A stretch of 64,000 bases of DNA, taken from assembly GCA_964461035.1 (NCBI GenBank), contig CAYWRI010000002.1:11129-75128 (forward strand). The letters are read 5' to 3'. A program made the translations under genes and the position numbers. The notes under the pieces were generated by a model. It ran no database searches and was not told the DNA's origin. It saw only the letters and a program-made list of their open reading frames with translations. The DNA is from an uncultured Methanosarcinales archaeon (GTDB lineage: Archaea > Nanobdellota > Nanobdellia > Woesearchaeales > CAYZNE01). Shown here in pieces: positions 20,901 through 29,439 of the stretch (positions are counted from its first letter, which is position 1; every line of letters begins with the position of its first letter).

Positions 20901-22091
20901 CCTGACACTGAACCTTTTGAAAATAATGATTATACAATAGTTGTTGATGCATATGATTATGCAATGAATCCTGTAAGAGCTAATACTTGGTCGTTAAACA
21001 TTAATGATAATGCACCTTCAACACCAATTGTTGAAGTTACAAATGCAGATCCAAATTACGGATTTTGGAATAACATATTCTTTGTGGCTGAATCACCAAT
21101 TATTCAATTAACATTTGCAGAGGGCGAATTAGTTGATTTGATAAGTGTCAAATTATTAACTGAAACTTCTGGTTTTAATTTAGATTGTCGTCAAGTATTT
21201 GATGGGAGTTTTATTTGCACTGTTGACAATCCTGCTTTAATTGAAAATAAAATTTCAATTATTGAAATATCTGCACAATTACTTGACACTGGCGGTTATC
21301 CACTTCGTGTTTCAATAGCTCATTGGTATGATAAACAAGTATCTTTTGACACGGGCGTTCCGAATTTCGAAGTTGATAATTTACCTGGTGCAATTCAACC
21401 AACTGAAGAATTTTCTTGGACAAATTTTTTGATTCTTCTAACGAATCCCGAATTAGATTTATTAGTTAATATATCTGAAGTTCTTGGTGAAGGTTCTCCT
21501 TGTTCAAATTATTTGTTATCTAATTTAAGCAGAAGTACAGATAATTTAACTTATTCTGCAATGTTAAATGCATCTTACTTTGGATGGGCGAGTTATAATA
21601 ATTACGAATTTCAAATAAGTGTTTTTGATAGGGCAATGAATCAAGTTTCTTCAGAATATAATATCTGGGTTGACGATATTCCTCCTGAAATAAACATTAC
21701 TGAATTTAAATCAAACGGAATATATATTTCGCCAGAAGAATTAAATATAACAACAAGCGATTTAAATATATCCATAGGTGGTGTTGTAAATGATTCTGCC
21801 ATGAAACATATTTGTTTAAATGTTTCCAGCGATGCAACATCATATCCTGAAATAACATGTCAATATCCCTGTCTTGAAGGTCAGACATCAGATTGTATAA
21901 CTGAAGATAATTTATTTACTTTTAATTTTACAATGTCCTTTGACTCTTATGTGAATCAAGGTGGACTTGTTTGGAATTATATAAATTTAGTTGCAACAGA
22001 TGATGCATTAAATAAAGAGCAGGCAAATTTAACTGCTTTGCTTGACTTAGAACCACCAACTGTTATAGGTGTATTTGTAGATATAGAGTGA
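14943..22091 (+). CDS. Giant secreted adhesin-like protein (about 2382 aa). It has a Sec signal peptide, a Cys-rich N-terminal region and multiple Ig-like domains. The track start at 14919 is replaced by the ATG at 14943.
   Basis: A strong SD-like 'gagggggagagaagt' sits 0-8 nt before the ATG at 14943. Signal peptide MNNKTLFNILVSLIFLLIFTSNIVA|DPP. Repeated domain-boundary motifs of the D-x-[ST]-x-P type: VDTESPRV, DNVAPAY, DTGVPNF, VDDIPPEI, LDLEPPTV. Very acidic. Confidence 0.8.
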   Translation: MNNKTLFNILVSLIFLLIFTSNIVADPPNYANTLEELLIGEDVFCNTTLQNSNPDDCHLVITCDGTTFDSFVLYTNYYFNYLITELTSTTHFIQDCPGVFEYEYNTPEYPTGCNPVGLTCAYGNCIYEDGETSNIPSEFTDHCFCDDDAQADSTHPYCCVVDELGIVYDVETDCGSGIAYDTYSMSGSIIPNPSSPILLNTSYYTSFVISTNGQQTNPDSLGAFTIQNLISGIYTLSAELTYPSGTSNVYCLGQVIRTISNAPIINADISVTCSLLPGGEPSACDNGCYDEGWQNSGTLDYCNAEILTTFALIDDYCVACPTSQLCDGQCTPNDCDETYHRFCDANSIWHDYFDEHTLYCDECFGDEICDEMPCEAPYNCDGEINGYCLTVFDDPDVGSGLCTYTLTSGDFLTDYLSISSNPLLEHAWCDREHSDWVYADSIVPVDLETYCAHCSGDLEYCTEPVCGDGQVTGLETCDLGYPWGNSELFVPCSGAFVCGQPQGSFSCQCIIDSCGTGGYQPGLEDCEEDTDCINPAFICNDQCECVMSTSCDFEDFSTLANVTYNEVMCTDDLIIVVTLLPACSDLIDEIIMFEIITGVPYVLDTQEITNPNILTYEFTDTLPAETEKQYQIELISHSEFVDITASLTSEPIDAGDPACVNWNPIEGDCQDFRCNDTGTSRLWCGFENELSEEGCTGNCIYNLDSIAVCDNDAYSLDACQSCMGMAGLFYNPNTVFSGTNDFCYSFFPPFGANIECFLDSWFTIVDQARSCAEVTSCYDYNSKDNCVGNDNYVADPCGISNADGCEWVNYNVQTSRGICRPSNPALYDCSSAMNKNTNSLFLYNQRGDTTTNNVLLSKRVCELYGDCFYTDIDNPVPSSGLQEGYNCVNYDGLKCSYFTTQNACENNSVFAITHSTFSPISFASNLISSDHAKCSWTNNKCIRDANDNNIDDHLPNEGFDSNYPLIPKSEYNFIMSPYALNEIQRDFYAPVTTISSLPEGNLFGKDVVINFLREDNLHPPENIHTYACLYEGEFDSTGQNLIPDECNPASEGNDWDYLEDGNFEHLFEPRSLSTILVYTLYYFSADESNNFETIKSEVLHINPTLPLINVSYSYESYPINNQYFNDLAVTILVTSEFPALCQIQLYSGLGEEIYPGEGINEPISFIINSGDTIDFPYYELSDGIYNFQVQCTDTFLGNSNSASKEMRIQGDTRINSSPFYEVLKQEYVNFTVQTANPAECYYLINNIKHNSDFETVYDRDSQSYSVMKSYFESSQDLSDENFVVKQFDSSEEPEEDGLYYHYANDVNFSNPRNVSGVYVYNVACNITIYDPELEQNVSEIVEGNPMHRIVFSQDYTAPQTAIKMKDWNDDSFEVYNLNSVWSLGPNVSFACKDLNYFDDYLPLWLEYDSDPRRNYFVESNVNLSAGCLEQSSLNFCRVGMGESPCDLQPISVQPYTFLFEDYDCEIVGYITGICEVVGVGGNTGGHYKRVCYNTIDALGNQRPTFCGDVKVDNVAPAYNRISNNDFIVYMQPMSEPLTTIGLGYYQIEIIVDEVPADYDISLSIASEILIDLDEFFDEDSMTLSATFIPHHYFPELYNISENLTFKIYLEDAHGVSDTYYKYNYLINTTSPPVPLFEPLLNEFHKLNYQILDILGNIYPLFYVPEYLLDANAYSLANFDLNETFFTYLDDLIITGFSSADSFELVLNDLVDENALNIHTIDTFIANEHEFIDETVPLLTVPIVNSIDYNRQGDIEIYLPHNDNLEDMVGARLGLPIDENNYDFGLAHAEQKQTAYGSYSKFYTVLSIAEDHITLNGVEDFHVTKYTLDVSLEEDLELDKNVSIYSSSSLIESYPSNYVALQMRDVEYKQTCDPNSGGNFYDLSIRSKFGNAATTIDSEKVFVDTESPRVAYITLPQGTYSELTPEIGFSIIEGSCGSGINIDDSNLNIIITETGELYRQISLSEILVDISEPFSGIDVAYSFLYQTPDTEPFENNDYTIVVDAYDYAMNPVRANTWSLNINDNAPSTPIVEVTNADPNYGFWNNIFFVAESPIIQLTFAEGELVDLISVKLLTETSGFNLDCRQVFDGSFICTVDNPALIENKISIIEISAQLLDTGGYPLRVSIAHWYDKQVSFDTGVPNFEVDNLPGAIQPTEEFSWTNFLILLTNPELDLLVNISEVLGEGSPCSNYLLSNLSRSTDNLTYSAMLNASYFGWASYNNYEFQISVFDRAMNQVSSEYNIWVDDIPPEINITEFKSNGIYISPEELNITTSDLNISIGGVVNDSAMKHICLNVSSDATSYPEITCQYPCLEGQTSDCITEDNLFTFNFTMSFDSYVNQGGLVWNYINLVATDDALNKEQANLTALLDLEPPTVIGVFVDIE

Positions 22092-25000
22092 TAACTTTAA
22101 AAAATAAAAAAAGAGGTGTAGGGCTTTCAGTTAAGAGCTTAAATTTTTTTATTTCTTTCTTATTATTAGTTATGACTATATCATTACTTACTTTACCCGT
22201 AAACGCAGATGATATTATTAAGTATTCAAATAATGCTTATCCTGAATTAACAATAAGTTTTTCAGAACCTATTTTACTAAGTAATGTAACTGCAAATGTT
22301 CGTTGTGCAAATGAAGATGGAAATTGTTTTCAACTATATGACACTCTTGATTCATTTGCAACAGTTTCAAATGATGGAATATCTGTTCAATATGGTCCAA
22401 ATTCAGACAGTTCTGTAATAGTATATTCATTAAATAGACCTTTGTTAAGTGATACATATTTATTTGAAACAACGGTTTCAGACTTACTTGGAAATGAATT
22501 AATTGATTATGAAATTACTTTAATTGTAGATTCTGAATCAGAAAGTATTGAGCTTATTGAACCAATTCAGGGTTGGGCAAATTCAACTTCATTTGATATT
22601 GTTGTTGAAACTCAATTACCCGGTTCTTGTTGGGCTAATCAAGAAGATTTTAAATTTTCACCAAATTTAGATAACACACATCTTTTTACTGATTCAACTT
22701 CAGGAATGCGACACACAATATCTAATATCGCTATTTGGGGAGATGATGCAATGGTTCGACATTCGCCATATGATCTTTATGTTGTTTGTAATTCTTCTAA
22801 TGCGGCAAACTCAAATAAAATTTATCTAGGTCATTTTATATTGGCGTGGGATGATACTCCGCCTAATTTAAATTATCATCCTGAATTTCAATATACTGTT
22901 CTTGATATTACAGAACCCTATGTGGATATGATTATTGAATCAGATTATATAACTGGAGATCCTCCCGATGAAATTGCTTGTAGATTAAAAAATTTAACAG
23001 AAGACGGAATTTCAATACAAAATTCACCCTATGAATTTTTTCCTAATATTAATTATTCTGACTTATGGAATTACACAAAAACAAATACGAAGCGTTTAGA
23101 TTTTTCATATATTCTTGACGGTGGAACGCCTAATGGTGGAGTGCATGAGCCCCATGAGTATAGATTTGAGGTTTCTTGTAGAAATACTGCTAGACTCAAA
23201 CCAACACCTTTTGAAAGAATATATGATATCACTGTGCAATTTGCTGATACATTTAGAATTGAAAAATTACTCCCTCATGATTATGTTAATGCAAATCCGG
23301 TTTTTATAGAAGTAAAAACTTCTGTTGTAACAGACGCTTGTAATATATCTGCTGAAGGTGCATCCTTAGATGAAATAGAACAAATGGTTCAAATTGTTGA
23401 TGAAAAAACATATGCTATATCTTTAAGTGGCTTAGAAGAGGGAACTCATTCTTACGAAGTAACTTGTTACTCTCACATATATACTAGCTCAGGATTGTTA
23501 AGCTTTGATTTTGTTGTTGATAGAACATCACCTTCACTCTTAGATATAAATTCTCTTGTCAAAACTTGCTCGCTTAATTCTTTTGAATTTGAATTATATG
23601 CAGAAGACAATGTCGGTCTTAATTATTTTAAATATAATTTTACGGGAGTTAATGTAAGTATTCAAAACATCATTAATTCAGAAGATACGGAGGACACTGT
23701 AAATGTAGAATTTGATGATTTAGAGTTAATTGAAAATCAAACTTACACAATAACTGCGTGGGTTTATGATCTTGCTAATAATTCTAAAGGTCCTGTAACA
23801 AAAACAATTACTGCTTCAAAACCTAATGATCTTGTTTGTGATTTATATCCTCCATCAATAACACTTAATGTTATTAATGAGTCTATGGGAGAAGTTACTG
23901 TAAAACTAAATTGTCAAGACTCTGGAAGTGGATGTTCTGATAATTATATTTTAGAAAGATTAGGAAATCTATCACATGCTTGCTCTTATTATAGTGGTCA
24001 CGAAATGCCTTTCTCAGACAATATTATAATTTCCTATGACACAAAAATATGTGCGCAAGCACACGATTTATCAGGTAATAGTGTGAATAAATCTTGGATA
24101 ATTGAAGTTCCAACAAATCTTCCTCAATATTGTCAGAATAATGTTAAAGATGAAGATGAATCAGGGATAGATTGTGGTGGTAGTTGTGTGGGGTGTTCTT
24201 TAGATTCTCCTTGTTTTTCAAGCACTGATTGTGTTTCAGGCATGTGGTGCGATCCTACTTTAAATCTTTGTAAATGGGCATCTTGTGATGATAAAATAAT
24301 GAATGGTCAAGAAACAGATATTGATTGTGGCGGTCCAGATTGTACAACTTGTTCAATTAATAGCTCTTGTTTAACATCTGATGATTGTGATAGTAATTAT
24401 TGTACTGCAGAAGGTATTTGTTCTTTATCATCCTGTTCTGATGGAATCATGAATGGTTTTGAAACTGATGATGATTGTGGCGGTCCAGATTGTACACCCT
24501 GTCAAAACGAAAAGGATTGTGATTTTGACACAGATTGTCAAAGTGGTTGTTGTAATTACGGAACTTGCGATGATTGTTCTAGTTCACCTTCACCTCTACC
24601 ACCTCCCCCTCCAAAAGATATTGTTTCGCTCATATTATTAATAGTTGGAATAGTTTTAATTTTGGCAGGAAGCGCTTATCTTTATTACTTGCATGCTAAT
24701 AAATTAAATTCTTCAAATACGCAAATAGGTTTTTCAGATTCTTTATCAGATTCTCGTATTTCAAAATCTAAACAATTAAAAACTCATTTAACAAAAGAGC
24801 AATTATTATCTTTAACCAATAGAAAAAAGCAAATGCGTAACAAATTTAAATCTAGAAAAACAGATAGATTATCTGAAATAGAAACAACCATGTCAGAATT
24901 TGATGAAAAAACTCTCGGAGTAAAAAAAGAAAAAAAAGACCAAACAACTAAAAAAGTTGAAAAACTTGTTGATAATATGGATTTAAAAAATAAGCAAGAT

Positions 25001-25735
25001 AATAATAAAACAGACGATGATAATAAAAAAATAAAAGAAAAACTTTCTGTTGATTTTCCTGCAAAAGATTTTATTTCGCTTAAAGAATTAGAAGAAAGTT
25101 CTGTAGAATTAATGAATAAAGATAAGAAGTTTAAGGATAAAGTTATGACTGATGTTTTTGCGCAATTAGAAAAATTACACGCAACAAAACCAGAAATAAA
25201 AAAAGCAAAGCAAAAAGATAAATTATCTGTTTATTATGATGGAGTTATTCCTGTTGAAGATGAATCTCCTATAGAAACTTTAGAAAAAACTAATTCCTCT
25301 AAAAAAGATTCTTCAAAGACAACTTCTAAAACAGCTTTAAAAATAACTTCAAAAATATCTAAAAATTCAAACAGTAAAAAATCAAAGTCTACAAATTCTA
25401 TGCCGTCTTCTAAAAAAGACGATGATGTTTTTTTGGCTCTAGAAAAAATTTCAAATTCCTCTTCAAAAACATCTTCTAAAAAAGATATAGAACTTAAATC
25501 TGATTCAATTAATTTTAAAAATAATCTTAACGCAGATACGGATAGTATGATTAACTTATTTAAAACTAATGAGTTAAATATTGATGTGTTTAAAGTAATA
25601 CTGTCCGAACTTTTAAACTCAAAAAAACTAAATAAACAAGATGTTTCAGGAATAATATTTAGACTTCTTGAACAAAAACTAATAAAAGAATCTAAAGCAA
25701 ATAAAATATTAACAGAATTAGGGTTATTAAATTAA
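22088..25735 (+). CDS. Type-I membrane surface protein (1215 aa). Order: signal peptide, Ig-like domains, three tandem Cys-rich modules, poly-Pro stalk, TM helix, and a ~350-aa Lys/Ser-rich cytoplasmic tail.
   Basis: GTG start overlaps the stop of the previous gene (GTGA). Signal peptide ...LLTLPVNA|DD. Ig-like boundary motifs WDDTPPNL, VDRTSPSL, CDLYPPSI. Three modules of the form D-x-D-CGG-x2-C-x2-C...MNG-x-ET. Stalk LPPPPPK, TM IVSLILLIVGIVLILAGSAYLYYL, then a K/S/D low-complexity tail. Confidence 0.8.
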   Translation: MITLKNKKRGVGLSVKSLNFFISFLLLVMTISLLTLPVNADDIIKYSNNAYPELTISFSEPILLSNVTANVRCANEDGNCFQLYDTLDSFATVSNDGISVQYGPNSDSSVIVYSLNRPLLSDTYLFETTVSDLLGNELIDYEITLIVDSESESIELIEPIQGWANSTSFDIVVETQLPGSCWANQEDFKFSPNLDNTHLFTDSTSGMRHTISNIAIWGDDAMVRHSPYDLYVVCNSSNAANSNKIYLGHFILAWDDTPPNLNYHPEFQYTVLDITEPYVDMIIESDYITGDPPDEIACRLKNLTEDGISIQNSPYEFFPNINYSDLWNYTKTNTKRLDFSYILDGGTPNGGVHEPHEYRFEVSCRNTARLKPTPFERIYDITVQFADTFRIEKLLPHDYVNANPVFIEVKTSVVTDACNISAEGASLDEIEQMVQIVDEKTYAISLSGLEEGTHSYEVTCYSHIYTSSGLLSFDFVVDRTSPSLLDINSLVKTCSLNSFEFELYAEDNVGLNYFKYNFTGVNVSIQNIINSEDTEDTVNVEFDDLELIENQTYTITAWVYDLANNSKGPVTKTITASKPNDLVCDLYPPSITLNVINESMGEVTVKLNCQDSGSGCSDNYILERLGNLSHACSYYSGHEMPFSDNIIISYDTKICAQAHDLSGNSVNKSWIIEVPTNLPQYCQNNVKDEDESGIDCGGSCVGCSLDSPCFSSTDCVSGMWCDPTLNLCKWASCDDKIMNGQETDIDCGGPDCTTCSINSSCLTSDDCDSNYCTAEGICSLSSCSDGIMNGFETDDDCGGPDCTPCQNEKDCDFDTDCQSGCCNYGTCDDCSSSPSPLPPPPPKDIVSLILLIVGIVLILAGSAYLYYLHANKLNSSNTQIGFSDSLSDSRISKSKQLKTHLTKEQLLSLTNRKKQMRNKFKSRKTDRLSEIETTMSEFDEKTLGVKKEKKDQTTKKVEKLVDNMDLKNKQDNNKTDDDNKKIKEKLSVDFPAKDFISLKELEESSVELMNKDKKFKDKVMTDVFAQLEKLHATKPEIKKAKQKDKLSVYYDGVIPVEDESPIETLEKTNSSKKDSSKTTSKTALKITSKISKNSNSKKSKSTNSMPSSKKDDDVFLALEKISNSSSKTSSKKDIELKSDSINFKNNLNADTDSMINLFKTNELNIDVFKVILSELLNSKKLNKQDVSGIIFRLLEQKLIKESKANKILTELGLLN
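24165..24580 (+). repeat. Three tandem copies of a Cys-rich module of about 48 aa (about 145 nt) within CDS 22088..25735.
   Basis: IDCGGSCVGCS..., DIDCGGPDCTTCS..., DDDCGGPDCTPCQ.... The stretch 'gattgtggcggtccagattgtaca' is identical in copies 2 and 3. Confidence 0.7.
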
Positions 25736-25771
25736 CTATTAAATTTCAAACAGTGCGTTAAAGGTGATAAT

Positions 25772-26260
25772 GTGAATAAAAAAGCAATAACAAAACAAAT
25801 CTTTACTTTTCTAATGGTTGCGATATTAATAGGACTACTCTTTTTATTTGGCATAATTAGTGCTAAAAACTTATTAACTCAAACTTGCAAAGCACAAAAA
25901 GCGCTATCTCAAAAAGATATTATGGACGCAATATCTGATTATAATAGTAAAGATTCAGCGCATACAGAATCAATAATTCTTTCCTGTGATTATACTGAAA
26001 TATGTTTTTTAGATGCGGAAAGACTTAAAACAAACTCTCCACCAATAACCAACATTCCTTACAAAGTAATGCAAGATGTAGTAACTATTCAAGGAGATTA
26101 TAATATATTTTTCGTAAAAGGAGATGTTGTTGAACCAATTGGATTTTCAAATAAATTAACTGTTGAAGGTGATGGAAGTCTTTGTGTTACTTCAACAGGC
26201 AATAGTTTTAAAATTATTTTTGTGGGTAAGGGAAGAACAACAGCAGTAAGAACAAGTTAA
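25772..26260 (+). CDS. Type IV pilin-like protein (class III signal peptide), 162 aa.
   Basis: SD-like 'aggtga' before the GTG start. N-terminus NKKAITKQIFTFLMVAILIGLLFLFGI is a short basic region followed by an uninterrupted hydrophobic helix. Confidence 0.55.
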   Translation: MNKKAITKQIFTFLMVAILIGLLFLFGIISAKNLLTQTCKAQKALSQKDIMDAISDYNSKDSAHTESIILSCDYTEICFLDAERLKTNSPPITNIPYKVMQDVVTIQGDYNIFFVKGDVVEPIGFSNKLTVEGDGSLCVTSTGNSFKIIFVGKGRTTAVRTS

Positions 26261-26270
26261 TAATTTTAAA

Positions 26271-26720
26271 ATGATATTTTCAAAAAAAGCATTTACAATA
26301 CAATTTAGTTGGATTTTTATTTTAATAGTTGGATTTTTTGTAATGTTTCTAGTAATAAGAATAATAACTTCCCAGACAGATGTATCTAAACAAGAAATAA
26401 ATTTGGATTTATCTAAGAATATAGATTCTATTTTATCAAGTGCAGAACAAAGCACAGACACTTTCAAAATAGTTCATACACCTGAACTCAAATTAACTTA
26501 TTTGTGTTTTGAAGATTACACCGCATATTCTGTTCAGAAAAATATAAATAAAATAGAAAATTCAATAATGTTTTCTTCTTCATCAATATCTGGAAGAAAT
26601 ATTTATACTTGGACAAAAGAGTATAAAATGCCTATGAAAATAACAAATGTTCTCTATGTTACTGACCCGCTTCATAAATTTATTTTTGTTGACGGGTATC
26701 CTGTTATTGATTATTGTTAG
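26271..26720 (+). CDS. Type IV pilin-like protein, 149 aa.
   Basis: N-terminus MIFSKKAFTIQFSWIFILIVGFFVMFLVI. Confidence 0.5.
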   Translation: MIFSKKAFTIQFSWIFILIVGFFVMFLVIRIITSQTDVSKQEINLDLSKNIDSILSSAEQSTDTFKIVHTPELKLTYLCFEDYTAYSVQKNINKIENSIMFSSSSISGRNIYTWTKEYKMPMKITNVLYVTDPLHKFIFVDGYPVIDYC

Positions 26721-26725
26721 ATTTA

Positions 26726-27289
26726 ATGCCTTCAAATATAACTAGGGAAGTTGTTAATAGTATTAATGACATAACTGATAATAATTATAATCAGTATATA
26801 ATAATGACTGCTACTTCGTTATCAGGAACTATTTTAAATGGTTTTTCCCCCATGTTTCTTAGAAAAATAATAGCTTTACAAATAACAACAGTTCCGGGTC
26901 AAGAAAATAAAGGACAAATTACTTTTTACAAATTTGATGATAATGGTCAGTCAGCAGTTGTCGGAGAAAACGAGTATGACTATATTGATGAAACTCTTTT
27001 GTTTGGCGCAATATTTACTGCAGATCCTTATTTGTACAATTGTACTGCAAATAAACTATTTGAAAAATCAAAATCAATATATCAAATATATAATTACACC
27101 GCAACAAAAATGAATCAAGCAACAACAAGAGTGATATGCAAAGATCCTTCAAGAGGGTATCTTTCTGTTATTAGTATATTGGAAGATATGATTACTTCAG
27201 ATTCTTCTAATACGATTTACGAAGATGCAATTCAGCTTCGATCTAGAAATACTTATCTTCAAAGAAGCGATTGTCCTCTTGCATATTAA
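26726..27289 (+). CDS. Hypothetical protein in the pilin operon (187 aa, no N-terminal helix). The track start at 26714 is TTG; the ATG at 26726 is preferred.
   Basis: Sits between pilin-like genes in the same orientation. Confidence 0.4.
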   Translation: MPSNITREVVNSINDITDNNYNQYIIMTATSLSGTILNGFSPMFLRKIIALQITTVPGQENKGQITFYKFDDNGQSAVVGENEYDYIDETLLFGAIFTADPYLYNCTANKLFEKSKSIYQIYNYTATKMNQATTRVICKDPSRGYLSVISILEDMITSDSSNTIYEDAIQLRSRNTYLQRSDCPLAY

Positions 27290-27339
27290 TTGTTAGTTCA
27301 TAATTGTTGTAGATTTAATAAATGAGCTAAAAATAAACA

Positions 27340-27849
27340 ATGACACTAAAAACATTAAATAAAAAAGCGCAACTTCAAATAACTGAAAATGTAGTTATAA
27401 TTATAATCATAATTTTCATATTTATTATTGGAATTGTTTTTTATAATAATGTTAAAAAAATTACGTATGTTGAAACAGTAAATGAATATTCTGACCTTGA
27501 TTTAGTAAAAGCAAGCCAAAAAATAACAAATTTACCCGAATTAAGTTGTTCTTTTAATGAGCAAGTAGAAGTAGGTTGTGTTGATGAATTAAAACTTGAA
27601 GCAGTTATTGCATTAGATTTATTGAATACATCATATTCTTATTATTATTCCATATTTGGAAAATCAAAAGTCATAATAAATACAACTTTTCCAGAACAGG
27701 GCAAAGGTTTTGTTATTTATGATAGTAAATTATCTGGAGACTATAATCAAATTCCTTTAGTTATTCCTATAAAAGTTTACAATCCTATAAACATGACAAC
27801 CAACTTAGGTTATGTTCAAATATTAAAATACACAGAGGTTTTTAATTAA
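27340..27849 (+). CDS. Type IV pilin-like protein, 169 aa.
   Basis: N-terminus MTLKTLNKKA|QLQITENVVIIIIIIFIFIIGIVFY. It has K-K-A|Q with Gln at +1 and Glu at +6, matching the archaeal FlaFind-type pattern. Confidence 0.65.
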   Translation: MTLKTLNKKAQLQITENVVIIIIIIFIFIIGIVFYNNVKKITYVETVNEYSDLDLVKASQKITNLPELSCSFNEQVEVGCVDELKLEAVIALDLLNTSYSYYYSIFGKSKVIINTTFPEQGKGFVIYDSKLSGDYNQIPLVIPIKVYNPINMTTNLGYVQILKYTEVFN

Positions 27850-27851
27850 TA

Positions 27852-28370
27852 ATGGTGTACTCAAAATTTCCTTCAAAAAAGGCACAAGTTGAAATTATGG
27901 GTCTTGTAATAATAGTTATTTTAATTGTAATAATAATATTTGTTGTTCTTGTTTTCATGTTAAATAAAAAACCGAATGAGGTTGTTTCAAAGTATTCTGA
28001 TTCTCAGTATCCCACCGCATTTATTCTTGCACTTTTAGACACAAGTTCTATGTGTCAAGACCATGTTCCAATAAAAAGTTTAATTTATGATTGTGCTGTT
28101 GACAAGAGAATTCATTGTCCAAGTTCAGATACTTCTTCTTGTAAATATTTGAATGAATCTCTTACACAAATATTTGATTCAACATTAAATGCGTGGGGAG
28201 AAAATTATGAATTTAAAATGGATCACGCAGCATTTATTCACTACAATAATTTTACTTTTTCATCTGGTTGTGGTCCTTATTCAACTGTTGAAACTAATCC
28301 CTTTCAAATTATTCCTTTGTGGCCAAGAAGGGATTTTGTCAGAGTAAGCATGAAAATATGTTCTAATTAA
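27852..28370 (+). CDS. Type IV pilin-like protein, 172 aa.
   Basis: N-terminus MVYSKFPSKKA|QVEIMGLVIIVILIVIIIFVVLVF. Confidence 0.65.
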   Translation: MVYSKFPSKKAQVEIMGLVIIVILIVIIIFVVLVFMLNKKPNEVVSKYSDSQYPTAFILALLDTSSMCQDHVPIKSLIYDCAVDKRIHCPSSDTSSCKYLNESLTQIFDSTLNAWGENYEFKMDHAAFIHYNNFTFSSGCGPYSTVETNPFQIIPLWPRRDFVRVSMKICSN

Positions 28371-28415
28371 AATAATTTATGTGTTTGAGAATATTATATT
28401 TTAATAAAATGAATT

Positions 28416-29105
28416 TTAATTTTCAGTAACGTGAATATTAAATTCTTTTGTAAATAAAGGCATTTTAGAATCCATTTTTTCATAGGCTTCAAGAATTATT
28501 GTACAATAGCCTGATTTTATTTTATTCATGTCAAATTTATTAAGATCACTTATTGGTTTTGGTAACTCAAGTTTGAATATGAGTGGTCCGTCAGGATTAA
28601 AACAAGGAGTTCCATCATTTAATTTAATTTCAAATTGTATGACGGAATAATTAAAATATCTGTGTGGTGCATATAACTCAAAATGTATTACTTCAGGTTC
28701 ATCTATTTCAATTAGATTTTCTTTTTCTATTTTAGGAAATAAATATTGCTTATCTGCAATACTATTAAAATAATAATTAAATTCAATTTTATCTGTAGGA
28801 TTGATTTCAGGTATACAACAAACTAAATCTTTTGTTGCTTCTTTTGTGTCTTCATTTGTTAAATCTAAACAAGCTCCTCTAAATGTAGAAACTCTTTCAC
28901 TTGAAAGACACATATCTTTACTTGTAACACAAATACCTGGTTCTCCAGGAACTATAAAACATTCTCCATGTTTTTCTAAAGCTGGATTTATTATATCAAC
29001 CACATTAGGTATTATGTTTAGAGAGATTAATAAAACTATAATAACTATTATCAGGGTGGCTATCATCCACATTACATTAGAATCCGCTTTTTTAGTATTT
29101 TTCAT
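28416..29105 (-). CDS. Type IV pilin-like protein with a Cys-rich knot ending in the 'VCCIP' motif, 229 aa.
   Basis: N-terminus MKNTKKA|DSNVMWMIATLIIVIIVLLI, then C-x-C-x-C...LVCCIPE. Confidence 0.6.
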   Translation of the reverse strand: MKNTKKADSNVMWMIATLIIVIIVLLISLNIIPNVVDIINPALEKHGECFIVPGEPGICVTSKDMCLSSERVSTFRGACLDLTNEDTKEATKDLVCCIPEINPTDKIEFNYYFNSIADKQYLFPKIEKENLIEIDEPEVIHFELYAPHRYFNYSVIQFEIKLNDGTPCFNPDGPLIFKLELPKPISDLNKFDMNKIKSGYCTIILEAYEKMDSKMPLFTKEFNIHVTEN

Positions 29106-29172
29106 TTTTTGATTTGTTCAAATTGTTTTATGTTTGTTAAATACGTATAAATTATTATTTTTAATACAATTT

Positions 29173-29439
29173 TTATTCAGGTTTTTCTCCACCACAGCAA
29201 ACATAATTAGGATTTGTTTCTTTTTTACAATTTATATCGCTACCTGCAAGATGAATAGTTCCTTCTGGGCAAGTTGTTCCTGCCTGACAAAATGAGGCTG
29301 CATAAGCTCCGCAACCTTTTTCTAGTTTTACGTTGTGAAATATATCTGTATAATAATAAATACCCAATCCTAAGCCTATAACCGCTAAAATAATCATAAT
29401 CACTTGAAATGACATTTGTGCTTTTTTATGTTTATTCAT
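29173..29439 (-). CDS. Small Cys-rich pilin-like protein (88 aa from the internal Met). The track ORF extends to 29532 and overlaps the upstream gene.
   Basis: MNKHKKA|QMSFQVIMIILAVIGLGLGIYYY, then GCGAYAASFCQAGTTCPEG...NYVCCGGEKPE. Confidence 0.55.
   Translation of the reverse strand: MNKHKKAQMSFQVIMIILAVIGLGLGIYYYTDIFHNVKLEKGCGAYAASFCQAGTTCPEGTIHLAGSDINCKKETNPNYVCCGGEKPE

Noticed and set aside
8363-25735. Diversity-generating retroelement targeting the giant surface proteins
   Set aside because: There is no reverse-transcriptase-like ORF (no YxDD-type motif) anywhere in the window, and I saw no template/variable repeat pair beyond the tandem Cys modules.
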